Source of the DNA: Rhynchopus sp. YZ270_cl-10 | Lineage: Eukaryota | DNA: 64,000 nt | Direction: 5' to 3' | Assembly: GCA_964035575.1 (NCBI GenBank) | Contig: OZ037834.1 | Location: forward strand, 124,001 to 188,000 | In this document: in pieces, positions 1 through 12,425 of the stretch | Layout: the number at the start of each line of letters is the position of its first letter | Numbering within the stretch: position 1 is the first letter of the stretch | Program-made: the position numbers and the translations under genes | Notes under the pieces: model-generated | The model's input: only the letters and a program-made list of their open reading frames with translations | What the model was told of the DNA's origin: nothing | The model's database searches: none

Positions 1-460
1 GTTCATGTATCTCAACTCCATTGGTACTCCTGAAAACCCTATATTGCGTACTTGTTGCGCACTTAGTGCGTAGTTGTTGTGTGCTTGGTATTTTGGATTT
101 CTGGAGTACCATACATTCTATAGAATGATACCATAAGGTAGTTCATGAAAAAAGTGGTAAAAACTGTGTAGTTGTTGATGCAGGCACCTCCGACTGACCT
201 ACTGTGCGATGCCAGCCATCTGGATGAAAGCACACCAGTACCCTGCGGCCTACAACAGTAGATGTAAAAAGGAAACCTAATGAATGACCTTTAAAAAAAA
301 CGAAGCATTGGTTGGTTCTCTGTATTGATTTGGCTTTTGTTTTTTTTTTTTTTGTCCAAAAAAGCATTTTAGTTTGGTGTTACAACTGCAAAAAGATAAG
401 GACAAAGCAAGATTGCTTTTTTAACTTTACTAAGCATCTACAGCTAATGGGACATCATAC

Positions 461-752
461 CTTTCGATTTGCCGGTTTTTTTATTTCTGGAAATCCTCAA
501 ACGCAGGATTTTCCCGTATTGCGCAAGGAAGTTGCGCATCTGTTTTTCATAGTAACCGTGGGGAATGTGGCCAATGTAGAGCACACCGGTCTTCTTGTCG
601 GTTGTCTTCTTCCCTGCCACCTTCTTCACCTTCTTCACCGTCTTCACTGCCGCCTTTGCCGCTCCCGTTTTCTCCACCTTTCCTCCCACCACCAAGGACA
701 CCTTCTTCGCACCCCCCTTCTTTGCTGTTTGTTTCAACGCCGATTTCCCCAT
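461..752 (-). CDS. First exon of a NIFK/Nop15-like nucleolar RRM protein; downstream exons not identified in the window
   Basis: ATG at 752 (MGKSALKQ), Lys-rich N-terminus, then [43 protein letters not shown], typical of the NIFK/Nop15 RRM. GTATG donor at 460 interrupts RNP1. Confidence 0.75.
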
Positions 753-1366
753 TTTATTTTTTTTCTGGGTCTCTTGTGTAGATATGTCTGTGGATAGGTT
801 TAGTTGGTGCAAAATAGTAAGTGTTTTTATTTTTATTTTGATAAATTGTTGGAGTAGTAAAATTGATGACGTGTAGACACCTCGCTTTTTTTTATCGTGT
901 GAACTCCACGCAGCCTTTCCTCGCCTATCTCTCGTTTCGTGGATACCGCTACTACGTCCTACTCCCGCCTCCACTCGTCAGGTAACGAACGGGGATCATT
1001 GGATGCCCAGGGTAGCTAGGCCCCGGGTGAGATAGGTTTGGGCAGACTTTATCCCTGCGTCAGAGTGCGGCCAAGGCTTTTTTTTCCCTCCCCTTTTTTT
1101 CCGTTGAACGCAACCAAATAGGCTGGTGGTAGTGTCAATGGGTGGCGAGATGCTTTTTTTTTCCCCCTTTTTTTTTTGTTGGTTTCTACATTGCATGAAA
1201 TGGGGGGAAGAAAGAGAGAGAGAGGAGTTCAAAGTGCAAATTCTCTCTCTCTGTTCGATTTGTGCTTTTTTATTTTGAAAACTTGGTTGTATTAGTGTAG
1301 CCACCCTAGAGTGTCCTCCACTTATTTTACAGAGTTACCTTCAACTCCTTTCTTCTCCCCCCCTCC

Positions 1367-2677
1367 TCACCGACCCTTTTGCGCCTGCTTTACACTTTTG
1401 ATTACCCTCAGAATCGTCTCCTTTGAGAGCCTCTCCCAACAGAACGTACTCCCTAAGGTATCCCAATGTGTCGTCAACGTCGCCACAGCAGCTGCAACCA
1501 AATCCTCACGGGTGTAACGCTCTGCGTCTTGCAGGGCTTGTTCACATGAATGTGGGGTGCGTGCACGATCTAGGAGCAAAGTGTTACATAGGGCAACCAG
1601 CTTTTCTATACGAAGCACATCCGCAAGCACGGCAACTGCATGCAAGAGATCATCCTTAGGCGCTACTCCCGCATAGAGGTATGCTACTAAACTGAAGAGC
1701 GTTCCGACTGGGTCAGACACAACCACATTCCTCTGAGCGACAAGACGACATACATCGATTCTCACTGTCCTCTCTGAGCTTAACCCATTTCCCCTATCCA
1801 GACATTCCGCAAAGTACGCACTCCGTGCACACAGTATTGCGGAATGCACTGCGATCTGCGTCACCCCTTTGACCACCTCTACCCCAGGCACCTCTAATAG
1901 TACGTCAGCGCTGCACGGTGTTGCAGACTCTTTTTGCTTTTCATAACGTTGTGCCACCTCAAGCATTGTGTTTCCTGTTAAGAGCATTGCGAGGAGATCT
2001 TCTTGAAGCCTGAAGTGGTCTGAATTGAGATCATTTTGAGGCGGTGGAGGGGGTGTTTTTTGTGTTGCATATTCAAAGGAAACGCCAAGACGTAATGCGC
2101 ATCCTGCTCCCCAAGACTCTTGAAGTAATACTTTCAATCGTCTGCAATAGGCAGGAGGCGATAAAGGAAAATGCTGTGCCCTCACCTCGGCTGCACAATG
2201 ATAGCTTTGCTCACCATGCCTCACCCAACCGGACCCTGCATCCGCAAAAAGCGAAAACCCAGCTACCCCTGAAGCACCATTCGGGCTACCCTGCAATACC
2301 ACAGCGCGGACGCACGCAACCACCGGAGTGTCCGTTCTGTCAACCATTGCAAGGTGCGCGACAAAGTCGATTTCGATGAATTCTTCCCCAGAGGTGTCTG
2401 GTGTCCAGCATGCATAAGGACAGTCTAAACGTAGGTAGGCAAGACCTGGGAGGTTGGAGGTAGCGTGCAGATTGCTCAAGGGGAGGTTATCTAAGGAAAG
2501 CAGGGTGCTGCTCCCTGTCTGGGTGCCGCTGAGGGACGCAAGCTGCGAGGCAGTGTCGCTCACGACAGAGGGTGTGGTTTGGTTGCGTCTTCTCTTGCTA
2601 GTGGAAGGACTCTGAGGTGGCGAAGAGGAGCCCTGAGAAGGCGCGGCAGCGTATACAGCAACACGCTTGGCGTCCAT
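1367..2677 (-). CDS. Discoidin (F5/8 type C)-like domain plus BTB/POZ domain protein, 436 aa
   Basis: CWTP..EFIEIDF..VRAVVLQG..PPAYCRRLKV..W..CALRLGV resembles F5/8C. SADVLLEV..VHSAILCARSAYF..LVAYLYAG..LADVLRIEKLVALC is a BTB signature. Confidence 0.75.
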   Translation of the reverse strand: MDAKRVAVYAAAPSQGSSSPPQSPSTSKRRRNQTTPSVVSDTASQLASLSGTQTGSSTLLSLDNLPLSNLHATSNLPGLAYLRLDCPYACWTPDTSGEEFIEIDFVAHLAMVDRTDTPVVACVRAVVLQGSPNGASGVAGFSLFADAGSGWVRHGEQSYHCAAEVRAQHFPLSPPAYCRRLKVLLQESWGAGCALRLGVSFEYATQKTPPPPPQNDLNSDHFRLQEDLLAMLLTGNTMLEVAQRYEKQKESATPCSADVLLEVPGVEVVKGVTQIAVHSAILCARSAYFAECLDRGNGLSSERTVRIDVCRLVAQRNVVVSDPVGTLFSLVAYLYAGVAPKDDLLHAVAVLADVLRIEKLVALCNTLLLDRARTPHSCEQALQDAERYTREDLVAAAVATLTTHWDTLGSTFCWERLSKETILRVIKSVKQAQKGR

Positions 2678-3587
2678 TTTGTAGTGATATAAGACAACAC
2701 TCTGAGAAGAAGGGTACTGCTTCTGTTGGGGAGGGTAAGAGAGAAGGGAGAGGGTGAGATGAGGTGAGGTGAGGTGAGGGGAGAGTCTTAAAAAGTTGGC
2801 TTTGAAATAAAAGCCCTCTCGTGAACAGTGTACCTTTGGTGCAATGACCGGCTGGACCGGGGGGGGGGAACTAGCTACAACGGGCGGTTCGGTACATCCA
2901 TGATTTCATAAACAAGCAATTAGAGCGTGGAATTATGTCCGACCACGAGGCAGCGCAGGTGAAAGGCAGCAGACATTTGTCGATCTGTTGGAATGGAATT
3001 CAAATCGGACCTTGCCACCATCGAAAACCTCTGCATACGTGATGACGTTCCGAAGTGGCTGTGCGAAACACACGGCCGATATTGCCTTCTGTGAAGAGCG
3101 CGGAGGGGAAGTGCGAACACTTTGGGACCGAAAACCACCCTAAGTGCAGCACCGCAACTTGCTTGAGTCTTGCCCCATCACCAATGACCCCTACGAATAG
3201 GTTGTGGGGTGGGGGTGCTGGATCAGGTGGCAAAGGACTTCGGGAGGACTCAGCACCCTACACCACACCGCTGCCATCGCGCAACTGCCATTGGAACCTC
3301 AACCTCCCTTCTTCGCCTGAGGTTGGAAACCCCTGCTACGCACCAATGCGTTAAATAGGAGTAAAAGCATTACGTGCCTTAGACAAAAAAAAACAAACCC
3401 CACAAACCCACCTTTTTTTCTCACAACAATTCTACGTTTTCTCTAATCATTTTTTTTTTGCGGGATACAAAAAAAAAGGGGAAGATGGAGAAGAAAAATC
3501 TAATCTTTTCCAAAAAAAAAAAATCTATCACTTGCATAAACATCTTCTTTCACTCAATGCTGCCCTTCTCTTTTTCCCCCCTTCTTT

Positions 3588-6500
3588 CTACTTAAACGCC
3601 CTATGCATAGGTGCCCCATACCCACCACTACCACCACCACCACCACCACCACCACCACCACCGACACCTCTACTACTGGACATGCCCATGAGGAGCAGCA
3701 GCTGTGCAATGCGCCGCTGCTGCTGCACAGTCACTGCCAGCAATTTGTTCGAAAGCACCGCAAAATGCGCGTTCGCCTGCGCCGCCACCAGCATCTCCAT
3801 TGGCACCATTGCACCCCCACCCCTTCCTCCCATTGCAAAGCTACCACCACTACCACCCTCACCTTCCCCATAAATGATCGAGTCGAGACAACGGATCGCA
3901 AGCTTCGCGTTCTCCTGTACAAGCGTTTCTACGTGAGTCACAATGCCGTCGAGGGACCCGCATCTGGTCTCCAAGGATGCAAGCTCGTCGGCAGGGAGCT
4001 GCTCCACCGGTACGGGGAAGACTCTTGTAAGGTGCGTCGCTTGGAGGAGAGCGGAGTTGAGTGAGGAGGTGTCGAGGAGGTGGTCTGTCTCGGCTTGGAC
4101 GTCTTTGTTGCGTTGTGTGGGGGGGATGTGGGCAGGGATGTGGGCAGGGATGTGTGCAGGGGCAGGGGCAGGGGCAGGAGCAGGAGGGGTGGGTACAGAT
4201 GCAGGAACAGAAGAGTGAATAGAGAAGGGTGCCAAAGGCTCGCGGGGTGTCTCCGTGCCGACCTGGGTTTCGATGCTCCTGGCCGGCCTGCGTGGCTGGG
4301 GTTGTGTGTGGTGCAGTGATACGTCTGCTTCAGTCTGCGTTGCGCAGGTGTCCTGCACCTTGCTGTGTGCAGTGTGGCAGCTGCGTGTTGTGTGCACGCT
4401 GCTGCCCCCGCTCGCATGCACACTGCTGCATGTGCACTCACTCAACCTCCCTTCCAGCTCGTCAATACGCCCCAACAAATCCTTAATTTCACTGTTCTTA
4501 TCTTCAACAATAGTTTCCATGCGAAGCCCAAGGCCCTGAGGAGAGAAGAGAAAAGATGGAAAAGATAGACACAAATTTAAAAAAAAGTTGTTGAAAACAT
4601 GAGGGGAAAAAAAAACGCACCTCGGTCGTACTCATGCAAAAAAAAGTAGCAGCGAAACCCACGAAACACGAGATACGAAGGTGACGACTGCGCGGAGATC
4701 ACACGGAAAAAAAATCCCCCACGCGAGGTGACTCCACGATGTCAATGTATCAATTTATCAACACCTTGCGGTTTCTCCCCCTACCATACAACCCCATATG
4801 TCTAGGTTAACATCTCTGACCCCCTCTGCCAAAAAACTTGATGAATGCCTCTCGTGTACACACATCTTATCCAAACAACACCCCCCATCCCACATCCCAC
4901 ATCCCACATCACACATACCACTATCGCCGAGAGACTCAACGGCGAATCCGAGACCACCGACGCCATGGACTCCTCCTCTGTTGTCGATGCTGCATCACCT
5001 CCTCCTCCTCCTCCCCCTCCCCCTCCAGCCTGACTCACCTTCACCTCCGGTGTAGGCAGTGGGGGTGGCGGGCGACGTACTGTGGTGGCGATAGGAGACA
5101 GCGATACAGAGGCGTCCTGAAGCGCTGGGGACAGAGCCCTGCCTGCACCACTGTCGCCAGCGCTCTCTCTACCAGGGGAGAGGATGTTGGCGTAGGTGTG
5201 TGCAGGTTCGCCAGTGGTGGTGGTCGTGGTGGTGGCTGTGGTTGTGCCGCCAGCAGGCGTAGGGAACTCCTCCAGCACCGAGAGCCCCCACAGCCCGTCG
5301 CCCCCAGGTGAGGTGCTGCCAGCGAGGACGCGTGATGGGGATGGGGAATAGGCCCAGGGGTGTTCTGTGAATGGAGGGGTGTGAAAAAGTAGAAGGGGGA
5401 AAATGTTTGAAAAATTTTGGGTCATATTATGTGATAGTCATTATTGGTGCTACCGAACAACTGTCGGGGACATGTCAACGACATGTCAAGGACATGTCAA
5501 TATAGGCCCCCTCCGGAACACCAATTCTTGAGATGATTATTTTTTGGATTTTCACAGATTTTCACAGATTACAAGGAAATAACAATGGCATCAACACCTT
5601 CGCCCTCTAAGCAATTAGACTTACGTCCACTACGAAGTCCCGCATCTGCGGACGTCCTTCAGCTGGTTGCTCACAGCTATTATTTTTTACCAAAACAAAA
5701 AAAACAACGCACATACCAACACTATGCTCGACACTCTGCGACAAGATCGGTGTCGGAACAGACATGCTCTGTGAATACAACGGAAACGACGTTGCTTCAC
5801 TTGCCGCTGTGGGTGGGGGAGGCGGACGCCGTGTGGGCGATGCACAGTGCGCTGTACTTGTATGCGACGTGGTCCGCTCCGCACGACTCACAGACACATG
5901 CGATACCTGCAACGACGCCGTCTGCTCCACCACCAGCGTGCCTGGACTCCTCCCTCCACCGTACTGCGCAATCACCCCTACCGGCGGAGGTGGCGCTGCT
6001 CGCAGGATAGCTGTCGCCGCTGCCGCTTCGTTCATAAGCTGTACACGAGACGCAAACCGGACGTCCTCTGTCGCCGACGCCACACCACCCACCCCACGCT
6101 CCACTTCAAACCCTTCACACGACTGCATCGACATCGGCGAGCTTTCCCCATTCTCGCCACTCTCCTCCCCTCCTACTGGGGCTTCTATCTCAGGCACCTC
6201 CACCTCCACCTCCTTGCCACGCCAGCTCTGTCCCAATGCTAGCAGCTTCACGACCGGGGCGTCCGGCGACTCTGAAGCGATGGATGTCGTGGACGGAGGC
6301 GACACACTGCACCCACGCCAGGCCACACCTTTTGGCGGCATCGGCAACACCTGCATGGCATGAGGCGAATGGCTGACCCGCATATCACTCTCCGTACTGT
6401 CCGAACGGAGGGGCACCTCAGGAAGCTTTGGCAACGCCACAACAGGCTCGCCCCCGCGCAATGATTGCGACTGTATGAACGTCCCCGGCAGGTCCGGCAG

Positions 6501-6905
6501 GTCCGCGTCACTGAGCGGCGCGGCAAGACGTACGAGCACCGTGGAGTGGGGCGGTGGGACAACCACCTCCTCGTCGACGGTGGTAAGGCGGGTCACCGTG
6601 CGGCGCCCGGTTGCGAGGATGGCCGCGTCACGTTGTTGCGGGGAGGTGCGTGGTTGGAGGAGGGGTTGGGCGAGGTGGTGGGGACGGTGCGGCTCGGGGT
6701 TGTAGGTCGCAGTGCCTTCAGTGGTGAAGGTGGCTAAGGTGGGGGTGGGGGTGGTGGTGTTACTGACCCCCCGTATGCTCTCAGTAAACGGCGGCGGCGG
6801 CAAGCTGGCAGGCTGCAGTTCACATGGCTCCTCCGCAACAGGTGTCGGTGGGGAGAACGCATTCCGCCCCGCCCCACGCACAGCTCTGACCGGCGTTACA
6901 GGCAT
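3588..6905 (-). CDS. Three-exon low-complexity Pro/Ser/Thr-rich hypothetical protein (~860 aa). Exons 5717-6905, 4919-5364, 3588-4535
   Basis: GTATGT donors at 5716 and 4918 and CAG acceptors before 5364 and 4535. Phases (1, then 0) join three long ORFs in frame. Short coiled-coil-like segment in the last exon. Confidence 0.7.
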
Positions 6906-7035
6906 ATCAGTGTATGAAGGTGCATTCTGATTGAGGGAGGGTGTTTTGTCAACAATACTACATCCACTACGTTAAAAAGACCCTTTTTTTTTTTGAAAAA
7001 AAAATAGTGTAAACAAAGAATTCACTCCCCCCTTC

Positions 7036-8097
7036 CTATGTGTGTAACCTCGTCTGTAGAGCGGCCACCCGCGCATCCAACGCACTAAGGTCCGTCTCCT
7101 GAGACGCCGCAAGCTCACTGTGTATCGCTGCGACCTGCGCGGAGAGCTGCTCCTGCCTGCGGATAATGGTCTGTTTGCGGTGCTCCACCGCCTCTTCCGC
7201 GGCAGCAGCCGTCTTCTCTGCGTCTGCCTTGAGCCACCTCTCCTCCGACACTGCAAGGTACAACGGCCTTGGACACTCTGGTTGCGGTACCCCATACGGT
7301 GCCGGGCACACCTTACTCACAGCAACAGCTTCCACACCACACATTTCCACTGCAGTAAACACATGCCGGTACATTGCGTAAAACGCATGGTACGTACCTT
7401 GTAGGTACTCCCCTACGGTGTTCGCTTCTACTGGGGTGAGGAGGGTGTTGCCAAATGGTGGGGCATGTGACGCATGGCGGGTTAACAGGGAAAGGAGCAG
7501 CGCGCGCGATTCTACAACATCCAAACCTGTCATGGAGGTGGCGTGGACCTCCCAGAGGATGGACCAAATGATAGAGAGGGTGGTGGCAGTGAAATGGGAT
7601 TGCGCTGCAAATCGGGTAAGCGGTTCGAATAGATCGAGAAGACAGTCGAGTCGGGAGCGGTCTGCAGAGCCGTCACCACCGTGGAGCAGTTTGTCGTAAT
7701 ATGAGAGGTCCTGTTTGGCGCGTGTCAAGCATTCTGTGATGTGTGGTGGGAGGGAGAGCAGCTCGGCTAGGTCTGAGGCTTTGCCGTCCACCAGAACCTT
7801 GCCGTCGACAGCCTTCCGGTGTAGCTGTGCTATCAGCCCTGCAGGGCAGTCTAGCCCCTGGAGAACAACGGAAATATCGTCTCGGCTGGCTGTCGCCAGG
7901 GTGTCGGGTACGTACGCAACGCCTCCCTGCCGTGTGTGAAGGGTGCTCAGATCGACCAACGTCGTACGCCGTTCGATCACCGCCCGTACCGCCCCCCGAT
8001 CCCCATCTTCCTCAGCGCCCTTCTGTAATAGCCACTCCGCATCCACCCGAGAAAGATGCTTCCACGTAAGTGGTGCATCAAGTGCGGTAGCTGGCAT
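7036..8097 (-). CDS. CFAP119/CCDC189-like flagellar central-pair (C1a-32, CLAMP domain) protein, 353 aa
   Basis: LTWKHLS N-terminal motif; LLDLF..RFA..SHF..LSII.SIL..VH..LL.RHA.HAPPF..LLT..E...V.EYL..TY..FY.MYRHVFT matches the CLAMP domain pattern; C-terminal coiled coil. Confidence 0.65.
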   Translation of the reverse strand: MPATALDAPLTWKHLSRVDAEWLLQKGAEEDGDRGAVRAVIERRTTLVDLSTLHTRQGGVAYVPDTLATASRDDISVVLQGLDCPAGLIAQLHRKAVDGKVLVDGKASDLAELLSLPPHITECLTRAKQDLSYYDKLLHGGDGSADRSRLDCLLDLFEPLTRFAAQSHFTATTLSIIWSILWEVHATSMTGLDVVESRALLLSLLTRHASHAPPFGNTLLTPVEANTVGEYLQGTYHAFYAMYRHVFTAVEMCGVEAVAVSKVCPAPYGVPQPECPRPLYLAVSEERWLKADAEKTAAAAEEAVEHRKQTIIRRQEQLSAQVAAIHSELAASQETDLSALDARVAALQTRLHT

Positions 8098-9289
8098 GGT
8101 TAACTTTTTTGTGTTGTGGGGCTAGTTGTTAGGGGTGAAATTGAGTGGGGGGTGGGGTGAGGGGTGTGAGGGGTGTAAACGGATTTTTGAAAAGTTGTGG
8201 GATTAGTATTGGTTTTGTGGTGGTAAAATAAAATGGAAAAAAAAATATATCATCCAAAATCTGCCCAGCCGTATAGAAAAGCCCGATTTTGGTCTGGTTT
8301 TTAGGTTATCCATTTTTCGCTAAAAAAATTGTCCGACCCCGGAATTTTTTCAGATCGCTCCGGAAATTCATACAAGCGCATTTTCGGGGGGAAAAATTAC
8401 ACCCTCGGTGTCGCAAACGCTTGCGGGCGTGCCCGCAAACATCCTGGAAATTATTAGCCCAATTTTTTTTTTCGGTTTTTATTTATTTTGAAAGATCGGG
8501 TGTAAAAGCGTTCAATTCCGGGGTCGGACGATTTTTTTTACGCACCTGTGGTATTCTGAAGAAAAATCGTGAGGGGGGTGGTTTTCAGTACACGACGGAC
8601 TAGTTATGGCCATGACAGGTGATATGACAGGTGGTGTTACTAGTTATAAATATGACAGGTGATAATTGAATATTACTAGTCATATGACAGGTGGTACCTG
8701 TAAAATGACAGGTGTTTTTGCCGGTGGCTATTGCCTCCCAGGGAAAGGGACTCTCGAATTTTTTTTTTGCCCCCTTTTAGGGCGAATTTCGACGATTTGA
8801 GGCCATTAAAAGCAAAATTTGACACTTTTGAGCATCTATGGGGGTCTAAAACGCGATTTTGCGCACCACGATTTTTCGTGGGATTTACGAAAGACAAGTC
8901 AATTTTTGACCCCAAAAAAATTCACAAAATTGCCCTCGGTGGTCCTCACCCCCACATGTCCTCAATACTGGGCGAAAAAATGCAAAAAAACGCAAAAATC
9001 GGGTGTTTTAATCTGGGTGCACCAAATACACGGGAGTGCGGTACTAAGCCATAATCAGTTTTTCCGCGCTGAAGAATCCGATGAAGAATTCTTCAAAAAA
9101 AAAAAAAAAGGTACAAATAAAAAAATTGAAGAGGTGGGCTGGGGCCTGAAGGGCCGCCCACCTCTTTCATCTTCCTCCCAGCCTCCTCGCCCGAGCCATC
9201 TGCCGACTATTTCCTTCCGTTGCAACCCGACCTCGGAGATGACAAGGAGTGGGGAGAAGCTCCTGGTGGATCCGGTGAAGCCGGGGACA

Positions 9290-9500
9290 AGCAGAGAGGA
9301 GATGAAGACGCAACTGAAGAAGGAGTACGGGATAATGCGAGTTTGTGCGACTCGCCTTCTGACCCCCTGTTTCGTCTTGCGAAGATGAGCGGGCATTTTC
9401 GTGATTGAAGTTGGTGAAGACACGTCTCCGCTCACAAGTTGTCGACGAACCCCTTGCTGCACTTTTGCATGCCAAGAACCATCCCGAGGGTACCTCAGTG
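9290..9500 (+). pseudogene. hAT transposase C-terminal dimerisation-domain remnant
   Basis: Across a frameshift and a stop it reads YGIMRVCATRLLT/PVSSCEDERAFS*LKLVKTRLRSQVVDEPLAALL, matching the hAT motif PxSSxxxERxFSxLKxxKTRLRS. Confidence 0.75.
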
Positions 9501-10484
9501 AGGAGGTGTCCGCAGAGATTCTGCATCTCTTTGAATATCATAAAGATCCACCCCACCCACCACCGTGCGAAAGCTCGGACCCTTTTTAGGCCAGGAATTC
9601 TAGTTTCTCCGCCGGAGGCCCAGAACTTCCGGCGCGCTACGCGCGCCGGGCTCGGGACGTATTTACCTTACTATTCTTCATCAAAAATCCCGCTGCATTT
9701 TTTACAATGTACCCTAATTTTTTTCCGATCCAAAAAAATGGAAAAAGCCCGGGTGCCCGCCCACCCCTGCAAAAATCGACTTGTACAGCCATTGCTTTGG
9801 TGTGGGCTTGTTCACACCGGGCAGAGTGCGAGTTATTCTCAGCAACACGGCCCCGGCCCCCCAGATTTTTCCCGTAAGAAAACCACCTGCGCGAACCATA
9901 GGCATTTTTTGTCCTCCCTCAAGTGCTCCCTCGAACCTGGCGGGAGGGAGGGAAATAGCTATTTACTGACGCAGTGGTGGGTTTGTATGTCCAATGATGT
10001 TCTCGTACCTGGAGAGTGGACCGAGTGCGAGGTATGTTTTTAACCCCCGGTTTTCACCACCCCCGCTCCCCCTTTTCGACATTGTCCCGCTCTGGATGTA
10101 CGTCTCGCCTCCGGATGTAAATTGAAGCTATTTTTTCCCGCCCAAATTAGCGACTCAGGATTTGTGCACCTCTATCTATCTCTTGTTGGGTGTCCACCCC
10201 GGTACAGCCGGTCATGTACCAAGGTACACTGTTCACGAGAGGGTTTTGTATTTCAAGTCAACTTTTTCTTTTTGTTCTAAATGTCACTTTTGTCCTCAAT
10301 TTCTCTTAACAGGTACCCGAACCGACGACCCTTCATTGTGACAGCGAAGCAGTGCCGACGGACGAGCTGGTGCAAATATTTCAAAATCAGGTGGCGACCG
10401 AGACCACCCTAATGAAAAAGTCGGGTTTATAAACCAACTTTTCCATTAACCCACCCCATAGACCACCCTAATTATTATGAAACT

Positions 10485-11432
10485 CTTAGTCAGTCACTGC
10501 TATAGCCATTAACCCAGGGAGCATAGCTAGTGCAAGAAATTCGACTTTGGAAACCTTCTGGAAAGTCTGTCCTCTGCTTGCGGAGGACTAGGCACAATAA
10601 AATATTGCGTTCCCCCAGAAACCAGTTTTTGTCACAGTAATTTTTGCCCAGGGCATGCTCTTGAAGCATGGCGGCTTGGTGTGAGAAGGGGCAGTGTGTT
10701 GTTTTGTTCTAGATTTCAACGGTTGTTAGAACGAGTCAAGTGGATGCTTATCTAAACACTGACTTTAGTACAGACCCGAGAGATCACACATGACTTTGAG
10801 GAAAGAACAAAGCAATGCATCTGTACCCGCACGCCAGGTTGTAGTTACTTCAGAATTTTCTTAAGTTTGCGCGAAAGAGAGCGGGGGCAACTCCTTTGTA
10901 TCATAAGTCCGCTGTGCAGAACAAAGCTAGGAACCTTAAAACACTACCTGCGTGGTGGCTGAATTCACATCCCTTAGAATTACCAGAATTCAGCCTTTGT
11001 TGAAGTAACGTACATACTTGTATGTGCGTGTCACGCTTCTCCATCCTTAAATGGGTGCACTGCTTCACTGCAGCGGGTAAGCCTCTCTCGACTAGTGCAA
11101 ACTTAAGAATTTTCTGCTGTAACTTACCAAAATCGATTTTCTTTCACCCCAAACACCCGCAACACCCCACCTGCTACTTCGGTAGCCTGTGTTGTTGGGA
11201 GTTGGTTCTCATGTTGATCCCCAGTGTTTTGCACTGCTTCTTCTGAGCCCAACGCTGTTTGGCCTGTCGACGTAATAAATACGAAGACAGGGCGGCGGTG
11301 CCAACAATTTTCCGATGATGTAACGTTTATCTGATTGATTTATCGTTTGATATACCTTGTGTGCTACTTCATGCACACCCAAGAAAGGTTATTGAACGGT
11401 ACTTTCAAGTGATACTTCGTTATGTCATTGGG
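10485..11432. repeat. Shared ~950-bp internal cargo, copy 1
   Basis: Near-identical to 14655-15611 except ~10870-11090; inverted, diverged homology to 48338-49085. Confidence 0.9.
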
Positions 11433-12425
11433 GGTACCTGGGTACCTGGGTACCTGGGTACCTGGGTACCTGGGTACCTGGGTACCTGGGTACCTGGGTA
11501 CCTGGGTACCTGGGTACCTGGGTACCTGGGTACCTGGGTACCTGGGTACCTGGGTACCTGGGTACCTGGGTACCTGGGTACCTGGGTACCTGGGTACCTG
11601 GGTACCTGGGTACCTGGGTACCTGGGTACCTGGGTACCTGGGTACCTGGGTACCTGGGTACCTGGGTACCTGGGTACCTGGGTACCTGGGTACCTGGGTA
11701 CCTGGGTACCTGGGTACCTGGGTACCTGGGTACCTGGGTACCTGGGTACCTGGGTACCTGGGTACCTGGGTACCTGGGTACCTGGGTACCTGGGTACCTG
11801 GGTACCTGGGTACCTGGGTACCTGGGTACCTGGGTACCTGGGTACCTGGGTACCTGGGTACCTGGGTACCTGGGTACCTGGGTACCTGGGTACCTGGGTA
11901 CCTGGGTACCTGGGTACCTGGGTACCTGGGTACCTGGGTACCTGGGTACCTGGGTACCTGGGTACCTGGGTACCTGGGTACCTGGGTACCTGGGTACCTG
12001 GGTACCTGGGTACCTGGGTACCTGGGTACCTGGGTACCTGGGTACCTGGGTACCTGGGTACCTGGGTACCTGGGTACCTGGGTACCTGGGTACCTGGGTA
12101 CCTGGGTACCTGGGTACCTGGGTACCTGGGTACCTGGGTACCTGGGTACCTGGGTACCTGGGTACCTGGGTACCTGGGTACCTGGGTACCTGGGTACCTG
12201 GGTACCTGGGTACCTGGGTACCTGGGTACCTGGGTACCTGGGTACCTGGGTACCTGGGTACCTGGGTACCTGGGTACCTGGGTACCTGGGTACCTGGGTA
12301 CCTGGGTACCTGGGTACCTGGGTACCTGGGTACCTGGGTACCTGGGTACCTGGGTACCTGGGTACCTGGGTACCTGGGTACCTGGGTACCTGGGTACCTG
12401 GGTACCTGGGCACCTGGGTACCTGG
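11432..12425. repeat. (GGTACCTG)n microsatellite, ~124 units
   Basis: Perfect 8-bp tandem repeat with one variant at ~12411; abuts the right TIR region of element A. Confidence 0.98.

Noticed and set aside
1..30. Possible second exon of the NIFK-like gene after TTTTCAG
   Set aside because: Translation (GVPMELRYMN) does not continue the expected RNP1 (G-Y-A-F-V-E-F).
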